A stretch of 64,000 nucleotides of DNA. It comes from Chloroflexota bacterium (lineage in GTDB: Bacteria > Chloroflexota > Anaerolineae > Anaerolineales > UBA4823). Made by a program: the position numbers and the translations under genes. The notes beneath the pieces are model-generated. The model was not told where the DNA came from. It made no database searches and worked only from the letters and a program-made list of their open reading frames with translations. The stretch covers positions 6,082-70,081 of the forward strand of contig JBFMFR010000027.1 of NCBI GenBank assembly GCA_040752025.1. Reading direction: 5' to 3'. Positions 27,587-41,104 of this stretch are shown here, piece by piece; position 1 is the stretch's first letter; each line of letters opens with the position of its first letter.

Positions 27587-28597
27587 TCAGGCGCGCAATT
27601 CGATGATATCCCCGTCTTGCAAGACGTAATCGCGCTGCACCATTTGCCCATCGAAGGCGGCGCTGCCCCACACGCGCGCCGACTTCAGGTTGTTGTAAAA
27701 ATCACGGTGGACTTTGGCCGCCAGATCGATGACCGTGCAGCCGCGCTTGAGCACAAAAGGGCGCGCCAGGTCGGGCTCCTGACCTGGCGGGCGGGCATAC
27801 ACGCGCACCACATCCAGGGCCTCAAAAACCCGCCGCTTGAACTCATCAAAATTGCGCCCGGTGAGCACTGAGATGGGCAGCATCGGGCAGGGTACGTCGC
27901 CAGGCGTTTCAGAGACCAGCAGCTCGCATAAGACCTCGAAATCTTCGTACAGGCGTTGGTCATCGCACTTGTTGGCCAATACCAACAGGGGCTTGAAGAC
28001 AAAACGCGGCAGGTCAGCGAACTGCTCCCGGCGTTGTACCGGCGCCAGGCGATGCTCGTACAGCAAGTTCAAAGCGTCTTCGAGCTGCTGCAAGGGATCA
28101 TCTTGCAGATCGACCATCAGCAGGATCAGGTCACAGCGGCGCAGCAGATCGAACAGGCCCGGGTCGACAAAACCAGCCGGATCCAGGGGCGGCGTATCGA
28201 CAAGCTGGACCTGAACGTTCTCCACCAGCAGCATGCCCGGCGTGGGTTTCCAGGTGGTGAACGGGGCTGCGGAGACTTCGGGTTCGGCGTTGGTCAGGGC
28301 GCGCACCAGGGCTGACTTGCCCACGTTGGTGGCCCCGACCAGCACCGCCTGCCCGGCGCCCTCTTTATCGATCTGGAAAGTCGAAGCGTGCCCACCGGTT
28401 TTCTTGCGGGCCTGCTGGGCATCGGCTTTGAGCCTGGAAAGCTGGCGGCGCAGGTCGGCGCGCAGCTTATCGGTGCCCTTGTGCTTGGGCACCGTGCTGA
28501 TCAATTCCTCCAGAGCCGCGGCCTTCTCGGCCGGACTCTCTGCCTGGCGGAAGCGCTTATCGGCTTCGAAGTAATCGGGCGGCAGGTTGGTAGGCAT
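27587..28597 (-). CDS. DRG/OBG-family GTPase with TGS domain
   Basis: 'PKHKGT', 'VGATNVGKS', 'PFTT', 'DTPP', 'NKCD', TGS end 'LQDGDIIEL'. Confidence 0.9.
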   Translation of the reverse strand: MPTNLPPDYFEADKRFRQAESPAEKAAALEELISTVPKHKGTDKLRADLRRQLSRLKADAQQARKKTGGHASTFQIDKEGAGQAVLVGATNVGKSALVRALTNAEPEVSAAPFTTWKPTPGMLLVENVQVQLVDTPPLDPAGFVDPGLFDLLRRCDLILLMVDLQDDPLQQLEDALNLLYEHRLAPVQRREQFADLPRFVFKPLLVLANKCDDQRLYEDFEVLCELLVSETPGDVPCPMLPISVLTGRNFDEFKRRVFEALDVVRVYARPPGQEPDLARPFVLKRGCTVIDLAAKVHRDFYNNLKSARVWGSAAFDGQMVQRDYVLQDGDIIELRA

Positions 28598-28663
28598 GCG
28601 TTCTTACTCCCAAGAGGGATTATACCCTGAAGGGATTCTGAACCAAAATACTTGAGACGAAAG

Positions 28664-29545
28664 CTATAGCAAGTTGAAGATATGGATTGACTGGTCCTTC
28701 TCGGTACAGTGTTTGGATTGTTCGCCAGGTTTACGTTTATCTGAAACAACCACAATCTGAGTCGGAGTGATCCAGTTCACCCCCTCAACGTTACAGTACA
28801 GGATATTGCCATCCGGGTCCCGGGGGAATTGATAAACCCGGCCATTGTCCACCCATTCCCAGCGATCCTCGCACAGTTGACCAACCCACAGCGCCGAGGT
28901 CATCTGCGAAACAACCGCCAAGCGATGGTTGTCAGCGTCCAGGCAGGCATAATCCTCGAATGCGACCGACTCGGGCAGCTTGAGCGTACCGCGATGCTCC
29001 CATTGGGTGTCACTGCGCTGCAACAGTTGGATGCGCCCACCGCCAGGTTTACGGCCCTCTTTACCGGCGCGGCACTTGTTGCTTTCGCACAACCCAAGCA
29101 GATAATCTTCACCGCCATGCCGAATGTAAGCGAGCCCCTCCATGCCTTTGTTCAAACCCTGCAAGGGAAAATCCACCCAGGCATTGCCCAAATAGCGAAA
29201 GTCTTCGGTGTATTCCTCGATGTTGGGTTTGTACGTATTCTCATCAAAGATCAGGGCTTCCAAGATTACGAGAAAGTGTTTGCTGGTTTGGTGATAAGTG
29301 ATGTCTTCGAAGCCAGTCGACTCACCACGCTGGCGTATCAGTGTATTGGCTGGATGGCCGGGCGCCAAGGATGCATCCAGCCGGGCGATGTGCGGAGAAT
29401 TGTCGAAGATCACGTAGAAACGCCCATCCTTGAGGCACACGCCGCTGGCTTCCATACGGTCATCGACGCTTTTACTGGGCAGCAGGGCATGAATCTTGCA
29501 TTCCTGCACCAATTGAAGGGTGGGATAAGATTGGATTTCAGACAT
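28664..29545 (-). CDS. Hypothetical beta-propeller protein
   Basis: Repeated E-G/D-hydrophobic blades (EASGV, EDITY, EGLAY, EGVNW). Confidence 0.65.
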   Translation of the reverse strand: MSEIQSYPTLQLVQECKIHALLPSKSVDDRMEASGVCLKDGRFYVIFDNSPHIARLDASLAPGHPANTLIRQRGESTGFEDITYHQTSKHFLVILEALIFDENTYKPNIEEYTEDFRYLGNAWVDFPLQGLNKGMEGLAYIRHGGEDYLLGLCESNKCRAGKEGRKPGGGRIQLLQRSDTQWEHRGTLKLPESVAFEDYACLDADNHRLAVVSQMTSALWVGQLCEDRWEWVDNGRVYQFPRDPDGNILYCNVEGVNWITPTQIVVVSDKRKPGEQSKHCTEKDQSIHIFNLL

Positions 29546-29619
29546 ACAGCCTCCTCGAGATCGGTAAAATAATTGTATCAGGTGAGGCCTGGTTCTTGCC
29601 AAAAACCGGAGCGCAGGTG

Positions 29620-29647
29620 TTGACACCTCCCACCTTTGGGGTATAAT
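29620..29647 (+). promoter_or_regulatory. tRNA promoter TTGACA-N16-TATAAT
   Basis: Consensus boxes 20 nt upstream of the tRNA. Confidence 0.85.
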
Positions 29648-29667
29648 AGCGCCGCTAAGTACATAAC

Positions 29668-29743
29668 GGTCCCGTAGCTCAACTGGCAGAGCAGTTGACT
29701 CTTAATCAATTGGTTACAGGTTCGAGTCCTGTCGGGATCACCA
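29668..29743 (+). tRNA. tRNA-Lys (CTT)
   Basis: 76 nt cloverleaf; anticodon arm gttga-ctCTTaa-tcaat; TTCGA T-loop; encoded CCA. Confidence 0.97.
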
Positions 29744-29752
29744 GGAACGACC

Positions 29753-29780
29753 CGCCCGGTTATAAACCCGGGCGTTTTTT
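29753..29780 (+). terminator. Intrinsic terminator of tRNA-Lys
   Basis: cgcccgg-N8-ccgggcg-tttttt. Confidence 0.85.
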
Positions 29781-29865
29781 CTCTATGCACCATCCGGGGA
29801 AATAAAGAACCAGTCATCCAATAACATGGTATGATGATATTCACACCACCGGGGAGGAACCGGCG

Positions 29866-30399
29866 TTGCGCGATGACGATCTTCGAGGCTTCCTCCGCAA
29901 CCGGTCCAAATGGGCCGTTTTCAGGGAGATTACTGCTATGCCAACGCTTTCTGAAGACCTGGAACACTATTGGGACGAAGCCTATACCCACAAAGATATC
30001 ATCGCCGGGCTCAAGCTGCTGGCTGAGTTTGCGGGATTGGTGGGCCTGGGGATCACGGCCGGGATCGGCGGGGCGTGGGCGCTCTCTTTGATCCTGGGGC
30101 CGTTCGGCATCCCGGTCAGCGCGGGGGCGGTGTATCATGGCATCGTCAAGCCCATCCTGGAATGGTACAGCAAACTGGAAACCGAGGAGCGCTTCTACGT
30201 GCGGGCGGCGGTCAACGCTTTCAACCCGGCGCAGCACCTGCAAATAGCGGGCGAGGCCATCGATCACGTTGACGAAGTCGCCGTGCTGATCGATATCCTG
30301 CGCAAGGCACTGGACGTACACAAGATCGCCGGGCGCTCAGCCAGCGCCCTGGACACGGCTGCCAAGGCCGCCAAGGCGGTTTTCAAGCGGAAAAAGTAA
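29866..30399 (+). CDS. Hypothetical protein with central glycine-rich hydrophobic hairpin
   Basis: GGAGG RBS, TTG start, GC3-rich codon usage. Confidence 0.6.
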   Translation: MRDDDLRGFLRNRSKWAVFREITAMPTLSEDLEHYWDEAYTHKDIIAGLKLLAEFAGLVGLGITAGIGGAWALSLILGPFGIPVSAGAVYHGIVKPILEWYSKLETEERFYVRAAVNAFNPAQHLQIAGEAIDHVDEVAVLIDILRKALDVHKIAGRSASALDTAAKAAKAVFKRKK

Positions 30400-30451
30400 A
30401 CAGAATATAGCAGCTATTGGACAGCTAAAACAAACAACAGAGGCTTTCAAC

Positions 30452-30946
30452 ATGAACGATCCAAGCAACGACCAGCCAGACATCCACTTCAAACGGATCA
30501 ACGCCACTACGGCCCTGCAAATCTGCAAGCTCAGCGAGACGCTCTCGCCGCCGCAGCGCAGGATGGTGGCCGACAACGCCATCTCGATCGTGGAGGCGCA
30601 CTTCTCGGAGAACGCCTGGTTCCGGGCGATCTACGCTGATGAAACACCGGTCGGGTTCATCATGCTGCACACCGGCTCGGATTACGATGACGGCATCGAC
30701 TGCCCGGGGGTGTTCCTGTGGCGCTTGATGATCGCCGGGCCATACCAGGGCCTGGGCTATGGCAAACGCGCCATGCAAAAGTTGTTCGAACACCTGCAAG
30801 CCCAGGGCGTGCCGCGGCTGTATACCAGTTGCGGCCTGGGCGAGGCCAGCCCGGAGGATTTCTACCGCAAGCTGGGCTTCATACCTACCGGCGGGATGTA
30901 TGGTGATGAGATTGAGTTGGTGGTTGAGATCACCAGGAACGCGTAG
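30452..30946 (+). CDS. GNAT acetyltransferase (spermidine/diamine acetyltransferase-like)
   Basis: 'VADNAISI.EA', 'WRLMI...YQGLGYG', 'FYRKLGF'. Confidence 0.85.
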   Translation: MNDPSNDQPDIHFKRINATTALQICKLSETLSPPQRRMVADNAISIVEAHFSENAWFRAIYADETPVGFIMLHTGSDYDDGIDCPGVFLWRLMIAGPYQGLGYGKRAMQKLFEHLQAQGVPRLYTSCGLGEASPEDFYRKLGFIPTGGMYGDEIELVVEITRNA

Positions 30947-30955
30947 CCAACCATC

Positions 30956-34282
<3,327 letters not shown>

Positions 34283-34420
34283 GTTGCGCTCCTTTGCTAG
34301 GAAGAACCAATAACCAGCCGTACAGTTAAATTATAACCGACGCTTTCGAAGCGCCGGCGCTTAGTTGAGTTCTCGCCGGGAAGTAGGATCGAGCCTTATA
34401 ACGAAAGATGGGGTGCACAT

Positions 34421-34723
34421 CTAGCCAACAGGATGCAGCACTTTTACCTCGCGTTGGATGCGCTCGCCTGATTCGCGTTCGGCCACTTCCAAGTCATAGC
34501 GCACCTGCAAGCGCAGCCAAACCGCCGCGCTGGTGCCAAAATAGCGCGCCAGGCGCATGGCGGTATCTGCCGTAATCGCGCGCTGGCCGCGGATAATCTG
34601 GCTGATGCGGATGGGCGTCACCCCAATATCCTGCGCCAGGCGATACTGGCTCAAGCCAAGCGGCTTCATAAAATCTTCCAGGAGCACTTCTCCGGGATGG
34701 ATGGGGGAAAGCAATTCATCCAT
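34421..34723 (-). CDS. higA: HigA addiction-module antitoxin
   Basis: 'PIHPGEVLLEDF', HTH, 'W.RLQ..YDL'. Confidence 0.92.
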   Translation of the reverse strand: MDELLSPIHPGEVLLEDFMKPLGLSQYRLAQDIGVTPIRISQIIRGQRAITADTAMRLARYFGTSAAVWLRLQVRYDLEVAERESGERIQREVKVLHPVG

Positions 34724-34732
34724 AGTTTCCTC

Positions 34733-35017
34733 TCAAGCGTGGTAATCCACAATCTCCACATTCCTGGCCGTATTTCCCACCCACTCAAAGCAGATGCGCC
34801 ACTGATCATTGATGCGAATACTATATTGGCCAGTGCGATCCCCTTTGAGTTTTTCCAGATGGTTGCCAGGCGGCGCAAGCAGATCCTGCAAATCTTCGGC
34901 ATCATCCAGGTACAGTAATTTGCGCCGAGCCGTGCGTTGGATATCCCTGGGCAGTTTCTTCGAAACACTACCCAGGTAGATTTTCCTGGTCTCTTCAGAT
35001 GCGAAGGACTCAATCAT
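34733..35017 (-). CDS. higB: HigB (RelE-fold) toxin
   Basis: 'PPGNHLEKLKGDRTGQYSIRINDQWRICF...VDYH'; toxin upstream of antitoxin. Confidence 0.92.
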   Translation of the reverse strand: MIESFASEETRKIYLGSVSKKLPRDIQRTARRKLLYLDDAEDLQDLLAPPGNHLEKLKGDRTGQYSIRINDQWRICFEWVGNTARNVEIVDYHA

Positions 35018-35021
35018 GAGA

Positions 35022-35053
35022 TTGATGATATCACTACACGATAATATCGTCAA
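35022..35053 (-). promoter_or_regulatory. higBA promoter TTGACG-N17-TATCAT overlapped by an inverted repeat operator
   Basis: cgtcaa 35048-35053, atgata 35025-35030; TTGATGATAT...ATATCGTCAA. Confidence 0.75.
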
Positions 35054-35115
35054 GAGATATGTGGTTTTTCCTGCAAAGCCAATCTTCCTGTCAGATCAGG
35101 CCGCCCATACAGCGC

Positions 35116-35367
35116 GACGCAGGCCCGTTCATCGGAGCGGGCCTGCGTCATTGTTCAAAATCCATATTCAATTGTCACCAGCTTCTGAACGATCCGTTCA
35201 ATGCCTACCTGTTGATGAGCTCTTGGAGCTTTCCTGGGGGCAAGTGCACCTTACCACAGGCGATCAAGCAGATGCAGGCATCAACGGTGGATAAAGGTAA
35301 ACTTTGTTCGGCGCACCTCCTTCGCTTTGGTCACTTCTATTATCGCGAATTCCGGTGCAAAAATCAA
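35116..35367 (-). ncRNA. Candidate ~215-nt structured ncRNA
   Basis: Promoter TTGATT-N17-GATAAT (35367-35339), long self-complementary rod, 12-bp hairpin 35116-35149, no credible ORF. Confidence 0.35.
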
Positions 35368-35400
35368 GAGGCTTTCGAATTTGTTGGGTGAAAATCACCC

Positions 35401-36507
35401 TCAGACCTGGAACTTGCCATCCTTGTAGAACAGCTCGCCATCCACGAGCACTTCGCTTTGCTGGCGCATGTCGCAAATCATGTCCCAGTGCAAAGTGGAG
35501 AAGTTCTTACCGCCCGCCTCGGCGAAGCCGCGGCCAACCGCCAGGTGGATGGTGCCACCGATCTTTTCATCGAACAGGATGCTCTTGGTGAAGCGCTGGA
35601 TGCTGGTATTCGTGCCAAAGGCGAATTCACCCAGATAGCGGGCGTTGTCATCTGAGTCGAGCATTTGATGCAGGTAATCCTCGTTCTTGCGGGCTGTGGC
35701 CTGCGTCACTTTGCCATCCTCGAACTCCAGGCGCACACCCTCGACTTCGCGCCCCAGGTAAACCGCGGGGAAGCTGAATTCGACCCAGCCATTGACCGAG
35801 TCTTCTACCGGGCTGGTGAAGATCTCGCCGCAGGGCATGTTCTTCTTGCCGTCGCCATTGATGAAGGTGCGGCCGGCGATCGACAGGCGCAGCTCGGCGC
35901 TCGGGCTGTGTACCACCACTTCCTTTTTGCCCTTCAACCAGTCGACCAGGCGCTGCTGCCCAGAATGCACCTGACGCCAGTGACTGACGGGATCCTCTTG
36001 ATCGGCGTGCATGGCTGAGTAAGCGAAATCCTCGTAATCGTGTAGATTCATGTCGGCTTCCAGGGCAAAGGCGTCGCAGGGGAACTGCGTGCCCGCCCAG
36101 CGCAGCTCGCCGCTGGCAACGCGCTGCGAATAAGCTTCCAGGAACTCGCGCTGCCCAGCCCGCTCGGCGCGCACCTTAGAGCCAGCGACGCCGCCCTTGA
36201 AGCGCGTGTTGCGGGCAGCCCAAACCGTGATCAACACGTTGGCCTGGCTGGCGATGAATCTGCGCAGCGGCACAGGCCAGGATAACTGCTCTTCACTGCC
36301 CGTGCGCAGAGCCGTCTCCAGGATGCGCTCGGAGGTGAAATAGGCGGTAGGATAACCGCCGGCTTGCAACACTTTCTCGGCGATATCGTTGACCAAGGGT
36401 TCAGCAACCAGGTCTTCGGCCAGGATCACCACCCATTCGCCGGGCCTGACTTCGGTGGAATAGTTGACCAGGATATCGGCCTGCTTTTTGCTACGTGGGT
36501 CGGACAT
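35401..36507 (-). CDS. Aminopeptidase, M29 (AmpS/AmpT) family
   Basis: 'NMPCGEIFTSP', 'LGEFAFG', 'LFDEKIGGTIHLAVG', 'HWDM'. Confidence 0.92.
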   Translation of the reverse strand: MSDPRSKKQADILVNYSTEVRPGEWVVILAEDLVAEPLVNDIAEKVLQAGGYPTAYFTSERILETALRTGSEEQLSWPVPLRRFIASQANVLITVWAARNTRFKGGVAGSKVRAERAGQREFLEAYSQRVASGELRWAGTQFPCDAFALEADMNLHDYEDFAYSAMHADQEDPVSHWRQVHSGQQRLVDWLKGKKEVVVHSPSAELRLSIAGRTFINGDGKKNMPCGEIFTSPVEDSVNGWVEFSFPAVYLGREVEGVRLEFEDGKVTQATARKNEDYLHQMLDSDDNARYLGEFAFGTNTSIQRFTKSILFDEKIGGTIHLAVGRGFAEAGGKNFSTLHWDMICDMRQQSEVLVDGELFYKDGKFQV

Positions 36508-36627
36508 AAACACTCCTTGTGTGAGAGGTAAGTACATTCGCCAGCCCAGCAGCCAGGGCCAGGCGTCTATTCCTATTATACCCGCGCGGGTGCAGCGTGC
36601 GCGCCTGCGCCAGTCCTAAGTTTCTTC

Positions 36628-38475
<1,848 letters not shown>

Positions 38476-38657
38476 AAATCTTTCCTTTGTTACGAACCAG
38501 CAAAGACCCCGACCACTGCGGGCCGGGGCCGATAAGTACGAAAGGAGATTGTATCAGAAGGTATCGGGATTGAGAAGAGGTGAGATTCCGCCTCTTCCAG
38601 ATAGCGTTTATTAGACCCGGCTCAGGCGCAGCCAGCACCCTACCTGGTCCCCCCAAC

Positions 38658-38735
38658 AAAAAAGCGGCCTCCCGAGTGAGGGGGGCACCCGGGAAGCCGC
38701 AACCAAATTCTACTAAATCTACATCCAAAAGTCAA
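38658..38735 (-). ncRNA. Candidate ~45-nt hairpin sRNA (copy 2) with promoter TTGACT-N17-TAGAAT
   Basis: Promoter 38735-38707; RNA from ~38700: GCGGCUUC-CCGGGUG-CCCCCCU-CACUCGG-GAGGCCGC-UUUUUU. Confidence 0.65.
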
Positions 38736-38826
38736 GCAATTCCCTTACCACTCAGACAATTTGAGATAAGGAGCCGCTTGAGGGTCAAGAAATGGGCAAA
38801 AATAAATCGCAAAGGTGAGCTATAGA

Positions 38827-39228
38827 TTATCCGTTACGAGGCAAAATATTAGAAATTTTTAGAGCCAACATTCCAGCAATCATTCTTTTTGCCCCTTTAG
38901 ATAAATCATCACGATAAATAATGTTCCCATGATATGGATTGACACCTTCAATCGGTTCTCTATTGCAAACAATGGCGCCCGGAAGTGTCGGTGCACTAAT
39001 CACTTCTTGGATTCCTGAATAAGGTAATCTAGCAACTCCGTATTTGAATTGGTATTCCCCATCTTTTCTCTGTTCAAAAGTAAAATCAAGAACGTGTTGA
39101 TCGTCCTCCCAATTAATAGATATGTTCGATCCATGTTGTGGATAAAACAAGTCAGATGAAATTGCACCTTCAGGTGTTATATTTGTACTGTTATAAATGC
39201 CACGAAGACAATTGCTAGGGAAACACAT
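38827..39228 (-). CDS. Hypothetical protein, possible ADP-ribosyltransferase-like toxin
   Basis: 'LRGI...F...SINW...NPYHGNI' pattern; TAATG coupling to upstream gene. Confidence 0.5.
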   Translation of the reverse strand: MCFPSNCLRGIYNSTNITPEGAISSDLFYPQHGSNISINWEDDQHVLDFTFEQRKDGEYQFKYGVARLPYSGIQEVISAPTLPGAIVCNREPIEGVNPYHGNIIYRDDLSKGAKRMIAGMLALKISNILPRNG

Positions 39229-39821
39229 TAAGTTGTTATCCGTGGATTCGAAGTTATTAGGCTAATTAACCATTTTATTGGGAGATTTACTTTTTTGCAA
39301 AACAACTTACCATAAGCGTTTATATTTCCAGCAACATCGTTCGATACCAAGAACCAACTTGAATCCTCAATAATAGGTTCAATACTGAGGCCGAGACGGA
39401 GATTTGGAAAAATCCATTCGATAAGTAGAGATTTATCTTCCGACTGGATGGCGCTGAAGTTAGGTAGGTAACTAATGTTTATTTGCCTACTGAGTTGCTC
39501 ATTTATCTCGTTTAGAACGAGAACTGCTGTTTGAGCTTGTTTCTCATTTTCTAGGGAGCGGGCAACCTCTCTGGCAGTTTTTGTCAAGTCCCTACTATAA
39601 CCAACAATTGAATCGATATAGTTCCCCAATTCAAAGGAAGATGTTCCGCTTGTAGAGGTGGGTATGAGACGATCTAGCCTTGTAATGTATTTCCTTGGAT
39701 AATCATGAAACCGTTGAAAGGACTCTATATTTGTGGTGATGTATACTAATTTTGTAGGCCTATCCGGTGAATATGCCTCTGTTTTTTCCAGATCAGCGTC
39801 TAACACTGTTTGTGTACTCAT
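39228..39821 (-). CDS. Hypothetical protein (middle gene of TIGR04255 cassette)
   Basis: ATGA coupling; Ser/Thr-rich N-half, folded C-half 'LLIEW.F'. Confidence 0.65.
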   Translation of the reverse strand: MSTQTVLDADLEKTEAYSPDRPTKLVYITTNIESFQRFHDYPRKYITRLDRLIPTSTSGTSSFELGNYIDSIVGYSRDLTKTAREVARSLENEKQAQTAVLVLNEINEQLSRQINISYLPNFSAIQSEDKSLLIEWIFPNLRLGLSIEPIIEDSSWFLVSNDVAGNINAYGKLFCKKVNLPIKWLISLITSNPRITT

Positions 39822-40606
39822 ATTGCTTCCGGCTCCATTGCATCACGCAAGCGATCTGTTATACACCACTGGAAAAGACAACTACCTTTCTGATTAAAAT
39901 AATCGAGTTGCTCCGTTGCTTTGGATACATCAAATTTACCTTCAATGAAAAAGTCGTTGTCGATCCGATAGCAAGCTTCCCCTGTGCTAGCAGCCTCGAT
40001 CAAGCCATCCCTGATCCTAACTATGCTTACGCTATCCGATAGCCGTATTTCTGTTGTATGTGATGTTCCCAAAACATGATCGGCAATATTTGGTTCACTC
40101 AAACTGCCTACAATATATGGATTTAGAAGATCAGACCAGGGGATGTTATCTACACCAATTACAGAACGTTTAATTGTGTTAACATATCGTAATCCGATCC
40201 TTGTAAAAAAGCTGGGTTCATATACTTCTAACAGAGCAGCAAGAGGCTTTGCAAAATGGGTCTTGAATTCTTCCCAGCGAGTATATTGTGATGTGGATAC
40301 GGCCAGAAAGCTATTGGTGAGGTTTATCTTCCATGTTTCGTCTTCTGATATAAATTCATAATTCTTAGAGCTACCACTTGGCAATTCTAGCAATTCTTGG
40401 GGGATAGCTGCTTTTAGTTCACTAGGCAGATTAAATTTTACTTCAAGTCTTTCACCAAAGAGTGGGTATTGTTTTCTGATAGCTTCTTGAAATTTTGATG
40501 GGAGCTCGTTGTCGATGGACAATATTGGTGGAAAGCGAAATTGGCAGATAACAGGATCTAACGGATTTTTATTGAATATAATTCGCTGGCAAGGTGGAAA
40601 TGGCAT
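39818..40606 (-). CDS. TIGR04255 family protein
   Basis: 'NPL..VICQFRFP', 'Y.RWE.F', 'RIGLRYVN', 'IDND', 'F...IT'. Confidence 0.8.
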   Translation of the reverse strand: MPFPPCQRIIFNKNPLDPVICQFRFPPILSIDNELPSKFQEAIRKQYPLFGERLEVKFNLPSELKAAIPQELLELPSGSSKNYEFISEDETWKINLTNSFLAVSTSQYTRWEEFKTHFAKPLAALLEVYEPSFFTRIGLRYVNTIKRSVIGVDNIPWSDLLNPYIVGSLSEPNIADHVLGTSHTTEIRLSDSVSIVRIRDGLIEAASTGEACYRIDNDFFIEGKFDVSKATEQLDYFNQKGSCLFQWCITDRLRDAMEPEAI

Positions 40607-40931
40607 AGTTGCCTCCCATGTATTTTCCGGGCTTAGACAACATCCGGTTTTTCCGAATATGTGATGGCGAAGCTTTTATAGGACTACTAATTGACGATAA
40701 ACCAAATGCTATTATTTGCTTCTGTGATTTTATTATACCGAGAAAACTTTGGAAATAAATGAGAATGAATGGAGTTATCCATAAATGCTTGAGATCGTTT
40801 AGTTATTATCGAAAGCATAAAGGACCAAAAATGTTCTATGATACCGAAATTCTATTAAATCTACATCCAAAAGTCAACTCCCTTACCACTTTTGCCCATT
40901 CTGTACTAAAATACCCCTATCACAACCGAAC

Positions 40932-41030
40932 AAAAAACCTCGCCCAGGATACCGCCTGGCGAGGCACGGCCTCAACGTGGTGGGACGCATCGGCAGCCTG
41001 AATTGTAACCCAAGCGCCCGCCCTCCGCAA
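40932..41030 (-). ncRNA. Candidate ~65-nt sRNA with own promoter and terminator
   Basis: TTGCGG-N17-TACAAT (41030-41002); terminator CCTCGCCAGG-N6-CCTGGGCGAGG-TTTTTT. Confidence 0.45.
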
Positions 41031-41104
41031 GAGGTCCCAGGCGCTATTTTTGTTATTCTCAATCGTAAATTCAGAAATTCATGGTTGATAGATGGAAGAG
41101 AAAA

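Larger units (their letters stand above)
38705..40890. mobile_element. AT-rich cassette bounded by ~45-bp imperfect direct repeats
   Basis: aaattcta(c/t)taaatctacatccaaaagtcaa..tcccttaccact at 38705-38752 and 40847-40890; no integrase in window. Confidence 0.6.

Noticed and set aside
29578-30321. 247-aa minus-strand ORF across the tRNA
   Set aside because: Overlaps the tRNA and the plus-strand gene; spurious
29668-30399. tRNA-Lys as integration site of an island
   Set aside because: No integrase and no duplicated tRNA 3' end seen; downstream genes have host-like GC
36508-36537. MYLPLTQ N-terminal extension of the aminopeptidase as a sorting motif
   Set aside because: Lies upstream of the RBS-supported start at 36507, so probably not translated
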